A stretch of DNA of 64,000 nucleotides, taken from IMG/VR virus record IMGVR_UViG_3300010339_000002, positions 5,329 through 69,328 of that record. One strand, given 5' to 3'. The position numbers and the translations under genes are program-made. This document shows, piece by piece, positions 63,193 to 64,000 of this stretch. The stretch comes from a virus. Within the stretch, counting starts at the first letter, position 1; the number at the start of each line of letters is the position of its first letter. Below the pieces are notes generated by a model. That model made no database searches. It saw only the letters and a list, made by a program, of their open reading frames with translations, and had not been told where the DNA came from.

Positions 63193-63846
63193 TCAATTGC
63201 TGATCGTAAAGCTGGCCTTAACATTTTTTGCTTCTTTCTCGGTGATCTCGATTTTTTTGCCATCGGGATCAGCGATATAGAACCGGGCGGTCTGGAGATT
63301 GGCGTAGGTCATCTTCTCGCCCGTCGCCTTGGGGTCTTCGTACTTAACTTCGTAGGAGGCACCCTCCCACGTAGGCTCCCACTTGTCGTTGAGCACCTGC
63401 GAAGCAATGCGGTATTTGTACTCCAGCTTTTCCCGCCAGCTTGCCTTTTTGGCGTCGATCTTGTGAGTGCGCCCCATGTTGTGGATAAGGTCAGAAACCT
63501 TAATGAGCCGCGCGGCGGGGTTTGCTTTTGCGCGATAGATGAAGTCCCGGTAGGATTCACCTTCCTGGCGTGTGAGCGCATCAACGATCGCGGCGACGTT
63601 CTTGCCGAACCACTGCTCGATCTTTTCGATGGTGTAGAGCTTGTTGTCCTCGACGGCATCGTGCAGGACGGCGGCGATGAGTATTTCCTCGGTCGTAAAG
63701 CCCTTGACCGGATACTCGTCCAATTCTTTTTGCACGTCGAGCATGACCGCCATCGAATGCATGAGGTGGGGCATGCCGTCTTCGTCGATCTGCCCAATGT
63801 GGGCGAGGCCCGCCGTGGTGATGGCTAGTTCGATGAGGTTACTCAT
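63193..63846 (-). CDS. HD-domain small alarmone hydrolase-like protein (SpoT/Mesh1 type)
   Basis: AH.GQ....G.P...H, AAVLHDAVED, FG..VA.IV..LT, IKVSD..HN. Confidence 0.85.
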   Translation of the reverse strand: MSNLIELAITTAGLAHIGQIDEDGMPHLMHSMAVMLDVQKELDEYPVKGFTTEEILIAAVLHDAVEDNKLYTIEKIEQWFGKNVAAIVDALTRQEGESYRDFIYRAKANPAARLIKVSDLIHNMGRTHKIDAKKASWREKLEYKYRIASQVLNDKWEPTWEGASYEVKYEDPKATGEKMTYANLQTARFYIADPDGKKIEITEKEAKNVKASFTISN

Positions 63847-63852
63847 ACCCCT

Positions 63853-63882
63853 AGTATACAGCGGCTCGGGGGATTTTCGCTA
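63853..63882 (-). promoter_or_regulatory. repeated phage promoter
   Basis: TAGCGAAAATCCCCCGAGCCGCTGTATACT-N6-ATG. Confidence 0.85.
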
Positions 63883-64000
63883 GGTCGTATTTGCGGCAAA
63901 CAGGGGGTTCTTCAGCAGCTTGGTAACCTTGATGCCCTTGCCCCGATAGGGTATTTCCTTCTGCTTCTCGACCGCTGGGCGTTTCGGGCGCTCCAAGAAA

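Noticed and set aside
3574-63882. Dispersed 30-bp repeats as CRISPR repeats or att sites
   Set aside because: Kilobases apart, degenerate in the middle, and at fixed spacing to start codons: promoter behaviour. No cas or integrase gene seen.
1-64000. Stop-codon reassignment (alternative genetic code)
   Set aside because: Recognisable genes are full length in the standard code and TAG, TGA and TAA all terminate genes. No suppressor anticodon found; TGA at 54115-54208 is a Ser anticodon.

Overview
This window looks like part of a large (jumbo-type) bacteriophage genome. Roughly 150 small, tightly packed genes lie almost all on the minus strand, and no structural genes are present. It also holds two tRNA operons (16 tRNA or tRNA-like genes plus one fragment at 27829-32358, and 5 at 54018-54504), several homing-type endonucleases, and a repeated phage promoter that mostly drives leaderless mRNAs. 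A translation/RNA-rescue gene set is present: two Pth2-like hydrolases, Met aminopeptidase, an RNA ligase, a nucleotidyltransferase and an HD-type alarmone hydrolase. The main discovery is that each tRNA operon is preceded by what appears to be a ribosome-dependent transcription attenuator: promoter, short leader peptide (missed by the ORF track), antiterminator, and an intrinsic terminator abutting the first tRNA. The leader codons match the downstream tRNAs. Leader 54568-54651 has ATA followed by eight consecutive Ser codons using all six Ser codons, ahead of four Ser isoacceptors plus tRNA-Ile(UAU). Leader 32424-32558 is loaded with Arg/Lys/Asn/His/Gln/Trp codons, ahead of an array containing only tRNAs for those six nitrogen-side-chain amino acids. 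The inferred function is a demand-sensing tRNA supply system. Other oddities are an NAD-dependent DNA ligase split in two by an antisense GIY-YIG gene, non-canonical tRNAs, candidate structured ncRNAs and an inverted-repeat-flanked nuclease cassette. All calls were made by eye with no database searches; many small hypothetical ORFs are not listed individually.
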